From Mobula hypostoma (lineage: Eukaryota), in contig NC_086118.1 of NCBI RefSeq assembly GCF_963921235.1, positions 13,394,001 through 13,458,000 of the forward strand: a stretch of 64,000 bases of DNA. Reading direction: 5' to 3'. How positions within the stretch are numbered: the first letter of the stretch is position 1; each line of letters opens with the position of its first letter. Shown one piece after another: positions 50,338 through 62,755 of this stretch. The position numbers and the translations under genes were made by a program. Below the pieces are notes generated by a model, which worked only from the letters and a program-made list of their open reading frames with translations, made no database searches and was not told the origin of the DNA.

Positions 50338-51130
50338 ATTGGATACAGTAGATGGCCCCAACAGACTGACGGGTGAAGTGTCACCTCACCTGGAAGCACT
50401 GTTCAGAGCCCCAAATGGTAGCAGGGGTATTCTGGTGGGGTTATCTACTGTATCTGGTGCTCCTGGTGTGGTCTCCTGTATATCGATGACACCAACATCA
50501 ATCAGGAGTCTGCTTCACTGAACACTTATGCTCTGTCCACCAGAAAAAGCAGGATCTCCCAGTGGTCATTATTTTAATTCCATTTCGCATTCCCATATGT
50601 CAACCCATGGCCTCCTCGACTGTCGTGATGAGGCCACACTCAGGTTAGAGGAGCAGCACCTTATATTCCATCTGGGTAGCCTCCAACATTTGCATGAACA
50701 TCAATTTCCCTAACTGGTGGTAATTCACCCCCCAACCTCTACCATTCCCTTTCCCTCTCACCTTATCTCCTTACCTGCCCATCACCTCCCTCTGGTGTTC
50801 CTCTCCCTTTTCTTTCTTCTATGACCTTCAGTCCTCTCCTATTAAATCCCCCCTTCTTCAACCCTGTATCTATTTCACCAATCAATTTCCCAGCTCTTTA
50901 CTTCACCCCGCCCCAGCTCCTGGTTGACCTTTCACCTTGTGTTTCTTCTTCCCCTCCCCCCCACCTTCTAACTCTGACTCCTTATCTTGTTTGCTTCAGT
51001 TCTGCTGAAGGGTCTCAGCCAGAAACATCGACTGTATTCTTTTCCATGGATGCTGCCTGGCCTACTGAGTTCCTCCAGCATTTTGTGTGTGATGCTTGGA
51101 TTGCCAGCATCTGCAGATTTTCTCTTGTTC
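50338..51130 (+). mobile_element. Penelope GIY-YIG and 3' UTR fragment with a short inverted 5' piece
   Basis: HGLLDCRDEATLRLEEQHLIFHLGSLQ, a decayed hammerhead-like motif at ~50997-51033, and 50338-50425 in inverted orientation. Confidence 0.85.
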
Positions 51131-52018
51131 ATAATAGCATGATCTATTGACTGGAACATCTGATTCCAAGCCAAACTTTTCTGACTTGGATGCAAAAGTT
51201 AGCATTGTACAAGAACATTTTATAAAATATGCGATTTTCATGGCCTCAACACAATAATTTAAAGCCAGTCAAATCTTTTAAATTTTATGTTAATGTAGCA
51301 CAAATGTAAACAGGGCAGAATATTCAAACAACAGGAATTCTGCAGATGCTGGAAATTCAAGCAACACACATCAAAGTTGCTGGTGAACACAGCAGGCAGA
51401 ATATTCCTTCATACATATAGCACTGTTATAACAAACCACTGATACTTTTTGACTGCAACTGATTAAGGACCAAGGGTTGGCAGATCAAATAGGAAATCAT
51501 TCCTGCTCTTCATGAAAAAGTTGCCACAAGATCTTTAACATCTATCGCAAAGGAAATTAGAATGTATTTGAACATCTTAACCAAAAGATACATTTTGTTT
51601 TTGGTTTTTGTCTGGGCAAAATATTGCCACTTGTTTTTATTTTGGTTACATAATGGGCAAAATAAAGGCAAGAGTGGACATGGGACCACCGAAAAATGAC
51701 ACAAAAGTAGTAGCAGAGGAACAGAACAAGTACATTATATCAGTCTTCAGAACGGGAGACACCAGTTGCATGCCAGGAATTCAAGAGAGTCGGGAGTGGA
51801 AGAAGCAGAAGTGAGAGTAGTGGCCATTACCAAGGAGAAGGTGCTTGGGAAACTGAAAGGCCTGAATGTGGATAAATTACTGGACCAGATAGACTACATA
51901 TTGTGGAACAGGAAATGTATATTTTTACATTTCAAACAATATTTAATATTTCCACAATATGAACCCAAATAGCTCAAAGTTCTTCTGCATTGATGGTTCA
52001 GAAAATGCCAGTACATTG

Positions 52019-52842
52019 TATTACGTACCCTGTAACTGGATTGCCAAACCAGCAGAAATGGACCACTTAGTTGGAGTCTGGTTTAACAGAAACTAATAAA
52101 GTTTTATTAAAGAAATAAGTAACACAGTACTCTAATCATAAGGATATAAATGCAACAGGTTAGCAATGATAAAACATACATGTACACAGAACTAGAGTAA
52201 TAGGAATCAATCAAGCTCTACCGCAGTCTAGGGGTAAAATGATCAGTCTCAAGTAACGCAGAGTTCAGTTCAGCTTAGTACAGTTCGCAATAATCGCTGT
52301 TGTGCCATTGGAGAGAAAGAGAGAGAGAGAGAATGCAAATTTGATTCAGCAGACCTTTGATGTTCACAGGTGGTTTCAGGCGGACCCTTTTATTTCTTCT
52401 GTGGTCACTGACTGTGACCCCTCCGTTCCAGATACGACCGTTCTTCCGCGGTGAACCCGGCACCCAGACACACACATTAGGTTCCCGCCGATCGTCCCTT
52501 TTCACCTTGTCAGTCTATGGTCGGTTCCCTCGAACCAGACCTCCAGCTCCCACCAACTTGTGGGGTCACACCACTCTTCCAGGGTCTCGTTATCTCGTGA
52601 TCTCGTGGTGTGTCCCGTGCCTTAGCGAACCCATTCCTCTTATCTTCCTTCTGGGGTATCGCCTGTCCATCAAAATTCAAACAGTTCAGGTTCAAAGCAA
52701 CCGGTCTGTCAATATTCTGAAATGTGTTTCTTTTCCGTTATCTCTCTCTTCTCTCTCATTAACATTTTGAACGTTCTTCCATTGTCTCCCTTATCTCTTT
52801 CTCATTAGCATCAATCTTCTGATAACTTGGTTTGTCGTCACA
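52019..52842. mobile_element. Solo LTR with 4-bp TSD
   Basis: Inverted ends T(A)TTACG...CGTCACA flanked by ATTG on both sides (52015-52018 and 52843-52846). No coding remnants. Confidence 0.75.
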
Positions 52843-53564
52843 ATTGTTTTTAAAATGTTGTTTCCAATGTTATTGCAATTTTTAAAAAAATCAAAAGTTG
52901 AGGATTCCAATAGGACTTCGGGAAATTTCTCTGGCTTCAACACCAAACTGTTGCACAATGTGAAGCAGCTGGGTAGATACTCATCTCTTGTAGTATGTAT
53001 TAATAAAAATAAAGGACTTGCAGTTTTCAATTTTGACAATTAAATTTAAGTCCAGATGGAATATAAACAGTATGTACATTTTAAAACTTAATATAAACAG
53101 CATTCTCTGAAGTGAAGCAATCCATGAAAGCAAATGAAGTTCTCAGTTCAGTATCAACTTTAACTTGTCAGTTTCAGCATCTCCGAATTGATTAAAAATA
53201 CCAACACAAGGTAAGTTACATTTCTTTCCTATTTCCATTGTTTTTTTTTCATTTTCTTTCTTTGTAACAAAGGATATTATGAACAAGTAATTCAATTTAT
53301 TTATCTCATGGACAGCCAGTTGTCAGGGTGGAACTTCTCAGCTGACTTGTCTTCAGCAGTTAGGCTCTTTGTGTATCTGAAAAAGGTGTGACATTATTTT
53401 TGAATCTGTGTTTACGTTTATTTTGTAGCGAGGTTGTGCAAATATTCAGTCCTGCCATCTTGTTAATCTGAATTGTCAGAATCAGTCTTATATGACATGA
53501 AATTTGTCATCTTGTAACAGTAGTACAGTAGAAACATGCAATTACTATAAATTACAAAATATAC

Positions 53565-54440
53565 AGCTGAAATACCATCTATAAATTTGCTGATGACAAC
53601 CATTGCTGATAGAATCTCAGATGGAGATGACAGGGTGTACAGAAGCAAGAAATACCAGCTGGTTGTGTGATGTCACAGGAACAACCTTGCACTCAACTTC
53701 AGTAAGACGTAAGAGCTGATTGTGGACTTCAGGAAGAGTAAGCCAAGGGAACGTGAACCTGTTTTCAGAGGGAACAGAAGCGGAGAGGATCTCTGAGGAT
53801 CTAACCTGGTCCCAACACCTCAGTGCAGCAATGAAGGCAAGACAGCAGCTATATTTCATTTAGAGTTTGAGGAGATTTGGTTTGTCACCTAAAACACCCA
53901 AACTTCTATAGATGTACTATGGAGAGCATTCTGACAGGTTGCATCAGTGGATCGGTGAGGTGGGGGGGGGAAGGGAGGGAGAAGAGAAAAGAGGCTTATG
54001 CGCAGGACTGAAAGAAGCTACAGAAAGTTGTAAAATTAGTCAGCTCCATCTTGAGTACTAGCTTCCATAGTACCCAAGACATCATCAACAAGCGGTGCCT
54101 CAGGAAGGTGGTGACTATTATTAAGGTCCCCCATAACTCAGGACATGATATCTTATTGTTACCATTAGGAAGGAGGCAAATAAACCTAAAGGTACATGAT
54201 CAGCGATTCAGGAACAGCTTCTTCGCCATTGCCATCTAATTTCTAAATGGACATTGAACCCATAAACACTACATCACCTTTTTAAAAACGTTCTGTTTTG
54301 CACAATTTTGAATCTAACTATTTAATATACTTACGGCAATTGATTTTTCCCTTCTGTGTTATCATGTATTGCACTGAACTGCTGCTGCAAAGTTAACAAA
54401 ATTCATGACACATGCCAGCGATAATGAACCTGATTCGGAT
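53565..54440 (+). mobile_element. Degenerate Rex1/L2-type LINE RT and 3' end
   Basis: IYKFADD-like codons at ~53577, ELIVDFRK, RFRNSFF, and a ctgatt tail. Confidence 0.7.
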
Positions 54441-55152
54441 TAATAAACTATAGAGGTCTCCATACAACTAAAGCTGTCTATTCCACTTGGAACATATTCA
54501 GTACAGGTCTCCTGCTTATACTGAAGGATCTCATTGGGCACCACTAACAGCACTGTTGGAAGTTTACAAATACAGGTTTCCCCCGCCATCCGAAGGTAGA
54601 GTGTTTCTATGAAACGGTTCGTAAGCCAAAATGTCGTAAAGTGAAGAAGCAATTACCGTTTATTTATATGGGAAAATTTTGTGAGCGTTTGCAGACCCAA
54701 AAATAACCTACCAAATCATGTCAAATAACATATAAAACCTAAAATAACAGTAACATATAGTAAAAGCAGGAATGATATGATAAATACATAGCCTATATAA
54801 AGTAGAAATACTTTTCCACAATCATTACTGAACTGTTCTCCGTAGCGAAAATCTCACGCAAGCTCCGTCTGCAGAAAATCTCACGCAAGCGCTGTTAGCA
54901 AGAACACTCTCTCCAGTAACCTTTAAACTATGAAGCTGCCAAATCATACCAAATAACAGGTAAAAATACACAGCCTATATAAAGTAGAAATAATGTATGT
55001 AGTGTAGTATCACTTACGGGAATCGGGAAGACAGCTTGCCGAGCACACTGATGATGGTGTGTTAGGCTGAGACGGAGGTTGGGTGGTGCAGTGGCCCCCA
55101 CCCTCTGGGCCGCCAACCCGATACATTGCTGCGAAGCACGCAGGGGTCCATT

Positions 55153-55374
55153 GGTAGCCGGGAGGTACACAGCACATCTTTAAGAAAAAGCCGAAATAAA
55201 CAAGCTAATTAATTAGGTGCTGCCCGACACGTAATTGTACGCCCAGATCAGTGCTGATTTCCAATGCGTCGTTTCTGATCTGGGCCGACAATTACGTGTC
55301 GGCAGCACCTAATTAATTAGCATATTTGTTTTGGCTTTTTTTCTTAAAGATGTGCTGTGTGCCTCCCGGCCACC
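55153..55374. repeat. Long inverted repeat (hairpin), ~100-bp arms with a ~23-nt loop
   Basis: GGTAGCCGGGAGGTACACAGCACATCTTTAAGAAAAAG...GCCCAGATCAG pairs with CTGATCTGGGC...CTTAAAGATGTGCTGTGTGCCTCCCGGCCACC. Confidence 0.9.
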
Positions 55375-55725
55375 GTTGCATTCTCTTTCTTTTTAAATCT
55401 TTTTATTGAGTAAGTATACAAAAAAGGTAAGCCATATAAACATTAATACAATGTTAAAGTATAATAAAATTCCAAAAGATAACAATACCAAAAAGAAAAT
55501 ACTACAAACAATGTAATTTAAGCATAAGAAACCAAAATAACATAATAGTATACTAGATTTTATATATATCAATGGAAAAAAAGAAAAAAAAACCCACCGT
55601 GCAACTAACTAAAAGCAAAGCAAAGCAATGGGCTAACTTGAAACCAAACAGAGTTAAACTTAAAATCACGTCCTCAATCCCGACCTCCATTAAAACAGTG
55701 AAAAAAAAAACAAGAAGGGTAAATA

Positions 55726-58700
55726 TTACATTAAATGAAAATATCGAATAAAAGGTCCCCAAATCTGTTCAAATTTAAATGAAGAATCATAAAGGTTACT
55801 TCTAATTTTCTCCAGATTCAAACATAAAATCGTCTGAGAAAACCAAAAAAAGGTAGTTGGAGCATTAAGCTCTTTCCAATGTTGTAAAATACATCTTTTC
55901 GCCATTAAAGTAAGAAATGCAATCATTCTACGGGCTGAAGGGGAAAGATTACTAGAAATTTTAGGTAGTCCAAAGATAGCAGTAATAGGGTGAGGAGAGA
56001 TATCTATATTTAATACCTTAGAAATAATATTGAAAATATCTCTCCAAAAAGTTTCCAAAGTAGGGCAAGACCAAAACATATGAGTTAAAGAGGCTATCTG
56101 CCCCGAACATCTATCACAGAAAGGATTAATATGCGAGTAAAAACGCGCTAACTTATCTTTGGACATATGTGCTCTATGCACCACTTTAAATTGAATTAGG
56201 GAATGTTTAGCACAAATAGAGGAAGTATTAACTAATTGTAAAATCTGCCCCCAATCATCCACAGAAATGGTAAGCCCCAATTCCTGTTCCCAATCTACCC
56301 TAATCTTATCAAATGGAGCTTTCCTGAGTTTCATAATAATATTATAAATCATAGCCGATGCACCTTTCTGACATGGATTAAGGTTAATTATCGAATCTAA
56401 AATATATATAGGAGGAAGCATTGGAAAGGAAGGAAGTATAGTACTTAGAAAATTTCTAACTTGTAAATATCTAAAAAAATGTATTCTTGATAGGTTATAT
56501 TTATTAGATAATTGTTCAAAAGACATAAGGAAACCATCTAAAAATAAATCCAAAAACCGTAAAATACCCTTAGTCTTCCAAGTTCGAAAAGCGCAATCCG
56601 TAAAAGAGGGAGGAAAAAATATGTTACCTAAAATAGGAATCGCTAACCCGAATTGATTAAGATCAAAAAATTTTCTGAATTGAAACCAAATACGCAAAGC
56701 ATATTTAACGATCGGGTTAGAGACCTGCTTAAGGCGTTTTGAATCAAAAGGAAGAGATGAACCTAAAATAGAACCAAGTGTATAACCCTGAACAGATTGT
56801 AATTCCAATGCTACCCATTTAGGAATAGATAGTATATCCCGGTCAAGTAACCAAAATTTCATATGTCGAATATTAATAGCCCAATAATAAAATCTAAAGT
56901 TAGGTAATGCTAAACCTCCATCTCTCTTAGCTTTCTGTAAATGTATTTTACCCAGTCTCGGATTCTTATTCTGCCAAATAAATGAAGAAATTTTAGAGTC
57001 GACTTTATCAAAAAAAGATTTAGGAACGAAAATTGGTAATGCCTGAAACACATATAAAAATTTTGGCAAAAAAAACATCTTAACTGCATTAATACGACCA
57101 ATCAAAGTTAAATATAAAGGAAACCATTTAGATGAAAGTTGAGTAATATGGTCTATTAATGGTAAAAAGTTAGTCTTAAATAAATCTTTATGTTTACAAG
57201 TAATTTTAATCCCAAGATATGAAAGGTAATTATTAATCAATTTAAATGGAAATTTATAATATAAGGGAAGATGTTTATTAATCGGAAAAAGTTCACTCTT
57301 ACTAAGATTTAATTTATAACCTGAGAAAAGACCAAATTGTGCTAATAACTCTAAAACAGCAGGAATAGATCTCTCAGGATTAGAAATATATAAAAGTAAA
57401 TCATCAGCATAGAGTGATAATTTATGGGACTTTAATCCCCGAGTTATCCCAGTAATATTTGAAGATTCTCGAATAGCAATTGCAAGAGGTTCTAATGCAA
57501 TATCAAATAATAGGGGACTAAGAGGACAGCCTTGTCGAGTACCACGAAAGAGAGGAAAAAAAGGTGAGTTTAAAGAGTTAGTACGAACCGAGGCTACAGG
57601 GGAGTGATATAACAGTTTAATCCAGGATATAAATTTCAGGCTAAAATTAAACATTTCAAGCACCTTAAATAAATAAGGCCATTCTACTCTATCAAAAGCT
57701 TTCTCGGCATCTAAAGAAATAACACACTCAGGAACATTTTGTGAGGGAGTATAAACGATATTTAACAATGTACGAATATTATAAAAAGAGTAACGACCTT
57801 TAATAAAACCCGTTTGGTCTTCCGAAATAATAGAAGGAAGTACTTTTTCTAGTCTATTTGCTAATAACTTAGAAAAAACTTTAGAATCAACATTTAATAA
57901 AGATATTGGTCTATAAGATGCACATTGAGCAGGGTCTTTATCCTTCTTTAGTATTAAAGAAATTGATGCTCTATTAAAAGATTCCGGAAGTTTACCAAGT
58001 TTCAAAGAAGCCTCAAAAACCTTATAGAGCCAAGGAATCAATAAAGAAGCAAAACATTTATAAAATTCAACGGTAAACCCATCAGGGCCAGGAGCTTTCC
58101 CCAGATTCATAGAAAAAATAACATTCTTAATCTCATCCATTGTAATGGAAGTATCTAATAAAGAAGACATATCCTGTGAAATCTGAGGAAAGTCTAACTT
58201 ATCTAAAAAATCATTCATATATTTAGAATCTCGAGGAGACTCTGATTGATATAAAGAAGAATAAAAATCACAAAAGGTTTGATTAATCCCCACATGATCC
58301 AATATCAATCGATCATTTTGGTTATAAATCTGATTGATTTGAGATTTAACATAATTAGATTTCAATTGATTAGCCAGCAGCTTGCCAATTTTATCACTGT
58401 GAACATAAAAATCACTTCTTGTTTTCTTTAATTGGTTTACAATCGAGGACGAGAGTAGTAAACTATGTTCCATTTGAAGTTCAGTTCTTTGTTTGTATAG
58501 CTCCTCAGAAGGAGCCATAACATATTTCTTATCAATTTCTTTAATCTTGTCCACAATTGCCATCTCCTCCTGCTTCTGTTTCTTCCTCAAAGCAACGGAA
58601 TACGAAATAATCTGACCCCGAATATAGGCTTTAAAAGTGTCCCAAAGAGTGTTAACCGAAATATCTTCTGTATGGTTAATTATAAAAAAAAGCTCAATCT

Positions 58701-59503
58701 GTTCATTCATAAAATTAACAAAGTCCGAGTCCTGAAGCAACAGCGAATTAAAACGCCATTGTCTATTGTTTGGTATATTGGCCATAATTTTAATAGAAAG
58801 CTTAAGTGGAGCATGATCCGAAATGGTTATAGAATCATAATCACATTTAATCACTGAAGGAATGAGACGAGAATCAATAAAAAAAATAATCAATTCTTGA
58901 ATAGGAATGATGAACATGTGAAAAAAAGGAAAAATCTTTTTCCTGAGGATGCAGAAAACGCCAAATATCCGTCGACCCAGAATCAGAAAGGAAAAAATTA
59001 ATCAAATTTGCAGATTTATTAGGTAAAGTCCGTAAAGGAGCCGAACGGTCCAAAGCTGGAGATAAACAGGTATTAAGATCTCCGCCCCAAATCAATGAAA
59101 ACTCGTTCAAATTCGGAAACTGATCAAACAATGATTTATAAAATTCCGGACAATCCATATTAGGAGCATAAACATTAACCAAAACTACTTTTTTATTAAA
59201 TAGTAAACCACTAACCAATAAAAATCTACCATTCGGATCAGAGATAATATCCTGTTGTATAAAAGTAACTGAGGAATCTATAAAAATAGAGACGCCTCGA
59301 ATCTTAGCATTGGAGTTCGAATGAAATTGTTGTCCCTTCCAGAATTTGAAAAAACGTAGTCTGTCTCCCCTCCGTACATGGGTCTCTTGTAAAAATAAAA
59401 TTTGTGCTTTAAGTCTCCGGAACACTTTAAAAACTTTTTTTCTTTTAATAGGATGATTAAGACCATTAGTATTCCAGGAGACAAAATTAATAATAGACTC
59501 CAT
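55726..59503 (-). CDS. L1 ORF2p (APE endonuclease, reverse transcriptase, CCHC finger); single +1 frameshift at 58879-58886
   Basis: EN motifs SWNTNGL, LQETH, YAPN, GGDLN, SRIDY, SDH. RT motifs YRPISLLN, LDAEKAFD, GTRQGCPLSP, YADD. C-terminal CDRC-x8-HMFWSC. Removing one T from the T8 run joins the two ORF-track pieces into a 1258-aa frame from the ATG at 59503. Confidence 0.92.
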
Positions 59504-60225
59504 AAATCCTAAAGTCAACCCACAACAAGGAGGATTGACAATAGGCGTGACCCACAAACCCGGAGAGGAAACAGAGCATACAAAAGATACCGGGGAAAAG
59601 GACGCAACCAGTACTTCAATAATGTATATAGCCCAAAGAAAAACAAACTAAAACGTGAAGCCCCTCCCGCCACCCCCCAGCCCAAGACCCCAAGGCAAAA
59701 TCTAAAGCAGACCCGCCAGAAAGAAGCAAGCGCTAAAACTACCCCCATGACTTCCGGTATACGCTCCCTAAAAAAAAGGTATAAATATGAAAAGGATCAG
59801 CTAATTGTAAAACAGTAAAAAAATAAGTAAAAAAAAGTTAGCTCAATTAGAATACACACAGAACAGAACAAAAGCCGGAAAATATATATTAAAAAAAAAC
59901 CACAATAAACCTCAAACTCATGAATAGACACAGCAACAAAAAAAATAGGATTATTAACATAAAGTGATTATAAAAAGCAAAACAGAATAAAATTTAAACA
60001 AAAACTACAAAATTTAAGGCCGCACAGGAAATACGTAAGATGACAAAAGGGAAGTAACCACCCAGAATCCCCTGGGAAAAGAAAGAAATGACGCAGTTAA
60101 AAAGAAAGTTTAGTAGCCATATTAAGAAATCAAAAGTAAACTTTTCTGCCCAAATAGGGCACAGAAAAGTTAAAACCAACCAATTCACAGCCTCCGATCG
60201 ACGGAGAAAATTAAAAAGAAAGCAA

Positions 60226-61125
60226 TTAAGATGTTGGAGATGAAAGTTGATCCAGATAACTCTGGGCATCCGATGGAGAATCAAAAAAACGAAGGGCTCC
60301 ATCTGACATGCGAATCCTTAGACGTGCAGGGTACAGCAGCGCTGGTCTTAAATCCCTCTTATAGAATTCCGACATCACGGATCTGTAACGGAGCCGTTGG
60401 TCCCAGATTGGTTTACTGAAATCTTCCACGAATCGGAACTTAAGATCCGAAAAATCAATGAAACCTTTAGATCGAGCGAATCGAAACAGTCTCTCCTTGT
60501 CTTGAAAGTAATGAAAATGTAAGATAACATGCCTAGGTCTATCTGACCTAGACGAGTATGATGGGATTCTGTGAACACGATCCAGTAGCGGTGGTTGGTC
60601 AGGAAATACAGTAGGGAATGCATCTTTTAAAAGTTGGGAGAAATATTTCATGGGGTTGTTACCTTCAACGGCTTCCCTCACGCCAATCATTCGTAAATTC
60701 TGCCGTCGCATTCTAGATTCCAAGTCAGAGTTTTTAAAAGTCAAAAAGTCAAGTTTCTTCTTCATTACATTAATTGTTTCTTCGATTTTCCCCATCTTAA
60801 GCTCACTTTGTTGCGCGAATTTTTGAAGATCAGATATAGCCGACTGATGTTCCGCAATACATGTTTGCATCTTATCAATTAAATCGGCAATTTTCTGGAA
60901 ATTAGTTGAGATTTCCGCATGAATCAGGTCTTTAACAGGGCCTGCAATTTCCGTACGAATCATCTCCCTAACAGAGGTTGAAATTTCCCTCTGAATTAAC
61001 TCCGCTATCGCTTTCAAAGTCACCGGTGATTCAGTCGGAGGGAGATCCGTAGCTTTCGGTTTAACCGGAGGTTTACCATCCTTGCCGTGTTTCTCGTTCT
61101 TAGACATAGCAGATCTAAGTTCCAT
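60226..61125 (-). CDS. L1 ORF1p (coiled-coil, RRM, CTD; Transposase_22-like), 299 aa
   Basis: Open ORF with a heptad-rich coiled coil followed by typical L1 ORF1 motifs RRQNLRMIGVRE, DRVHRI and LLYPARLRI. Confidence 0.92.
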   Translation of the reverse strand: MELRSAMSKNEKHGKDGKPPVKPKATDLPPTESPVTLKAIAELIQREISTSVREMIRTEIAGPVKDLIHAEISTNFQKIADLIDKMQTCIAEHQSAISDLQKFAQQSELKMGKIEETINVMKKKLDFLTFKNSDLESRMRRQNLRMIGVREAVEGNNPMKYFSQLLKDAFPTVFPDQPPLLDRVHRIPSYSSRSDRPRHVILHFHYFQDKERLFRFARSKGFIDFSDLKFRFVEDFSKPIWDQRLRYRSVMSEFYKRDLRPALLYPARLRIRMSDGALRFFDSPSDAQSYLDQLSSPTS

Positions 61126-62224
61126 CCAGTTGTCGGAGAATTCAGTTTAATTCAAAGTATTGTAAGAGTTGATGCCTTAATGGTTAATTAAAGTATAGCT
61201 GACCATAGAGAAAAAAAACTCAGAAGTAATGGAGCGAGTCAAGAACGCGACTTCACTCCATGAGCGCTACCGGAAGTCCCCCACCGTTGCATTCTCCGCG
61301 AATCGGTATCTGTCCGTGGCCTGGGGGTTGGGGTGGTGGGACACTGGGGGTCATCTCGTCGTCTGTTTCCATTAGAACAGGCAGCTCATCTTCTTCTATC
61401 TCTGCCCGCCTCAATGTCGAAGGTCGAGGTTCGTCGTCTGCTGTGGAAGGCTTGCTTGACTGCTGAGCCTCACGCATTTTTCTATCACACAGTTCTTTAA
61501 TAAGGACTCAAACCATCCTGCAAACATCTCCTAAACCGACGTACCCTTTAAAAATTAAAGTCATACTTTATCATTACTCATTCGGTTTCGATTATTATCC
61601 TTTTTTCTTCCAATTGCATCAGCTCTTCATCTGTCAGTTCTTGGCGATGGGATGCCAAAACTTCTTCAACATCATGTTCGTCAGCTTCCACAAGCCAAAC
61701 CTACGTTGTCCTTACTTCATTCACCACCATCAAAACGCTTAATTATGTCTAGTTTTACCATAAGTGTAACACCCTTATGAGCTCTTTCAGGCTTTTCCGA
61801 TACCATAGAACTCATCTTGCAAATGGCTGCTCACAGGCACGTGTTAAAGCAAAGCAGTTCCCAATCCGGGGGTGAGCGGCTGCTCGGGGTGCGCTCGCTT
61901 TTATCACGCGCTGACTTTTTCGTGCGCTGATTTTTTATTGCACACTGAATTTTTTTTCGTAACAGTGAAAACACCTTCTGAAAGCGAAAACAGGGTACTA
62001 ATGTAGGTCTTTTGTAACAGTGAGGTTTTGTAAAGCGAACGTTCGAAAAGCAGGGGACATCTGGTAAATATTACATCCTCCTGCCATTGAAACCCAAATC
62101 ACTGAGACTTTTTAAGTCATAGACCTTCTAATGTCATTCTGCAGCTGCTCATAAGGTCACCTGTGATAGCTAGAAATGGGACTCCATTATCTAGTATCAA
62201 CTTATATCTACTGGTTGTTACAGC

Positions 62225-62755
62225 CAGGGGCATAATAGTGATAAGCTCGCACTATTAAACACTCCCAATTCTGTGCTGCTGAAACAGCTTCTGACAACCA
62301 AGTCCAGCTCCTGGCCTTCATGTGTGGCTTAGCTAATATGCCCAGCAGAACCATTGCTACTGACAGGAAGAGGGACAAAGGCAGGTTACTGGTGCCTTAA
62401 AGCCAGTTGCTTCGGGCAGATGGAGCTCATCAGCCGTGGTTGGTAGCTCATCTAGAAGGAAAACTGATCCCAAACCTCTGCTGTTTGTGACTATACCCAT
62501 TCATGAGGAAGGCTGCAGGAGCAAAACTCCCAAAGGGAATAATCCAGAGCTGAAGTCCCTAAGGCAGTTCTACATTGAGTTCAAAACTGACCTGCTGCTG
62601 GTGCCAAACTGTACTGTCCTCTGCCGTTCCTTTGGGTTCATTAGATGCGTGGAGGGGTGGGGGGCCTGCTACATGAGCAACAGCTTGCTCTCCATATTGT
62701 ACTGCCCAGGCTTGTGTAGGATGCAACATCCATGGTTGACCCTGACCAACAGGGG
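62225..62755 (+). repeat. Dispersed ~0.5 kb non-coding repeat, RTE 5'UTR-like (copy 2)
   Basis: Colinear with 23185-23650. Contains tctagaaggaaaactga, resembling an RTE 5' UTR motif. Confidence 0.75.

Larger units (their letters stand above)
55386..61280 (-). mobile_element. Full-length L1-clade LINE retrotransposon (~5.9 kb)
   Basis: Flanked by an exact 16-bp direct repeat CCACCGTTGCATTCTC (55370-55385 and 61281-61296). The 5' end reads GGGACTTCCGG, the 3' end has AATAAA plus an A-rich tail, and it carries ORF1 and an APE-RT ORF2. Confidence 0.96.
54573..62063 (-). mobile_element. Internally deleted TcMar-Tigger (pogo-like) DNA transposon, split by the L1
   Basis: Imperfect TIRs (TA|CAGGTTTCCCCCGCCATCCGAA ... 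TTCGAAAAGCAGGGGACATCTG). Minus-strand remnants at ~61570-61810 encode an N-terminal HTH-like VTLMVKLDIIKRFDGGE and a C-terminal DVEEVLASHRQELTDEELMQLE. No DDE core seen. Confidence 0.8.

Noticed and set aside
58879..58886. Programmed frameshift in L1 ORF2
   Set aside because: L1 ORF2 is normally a single frame, so a homopolymer indel or assembly error is simpler.
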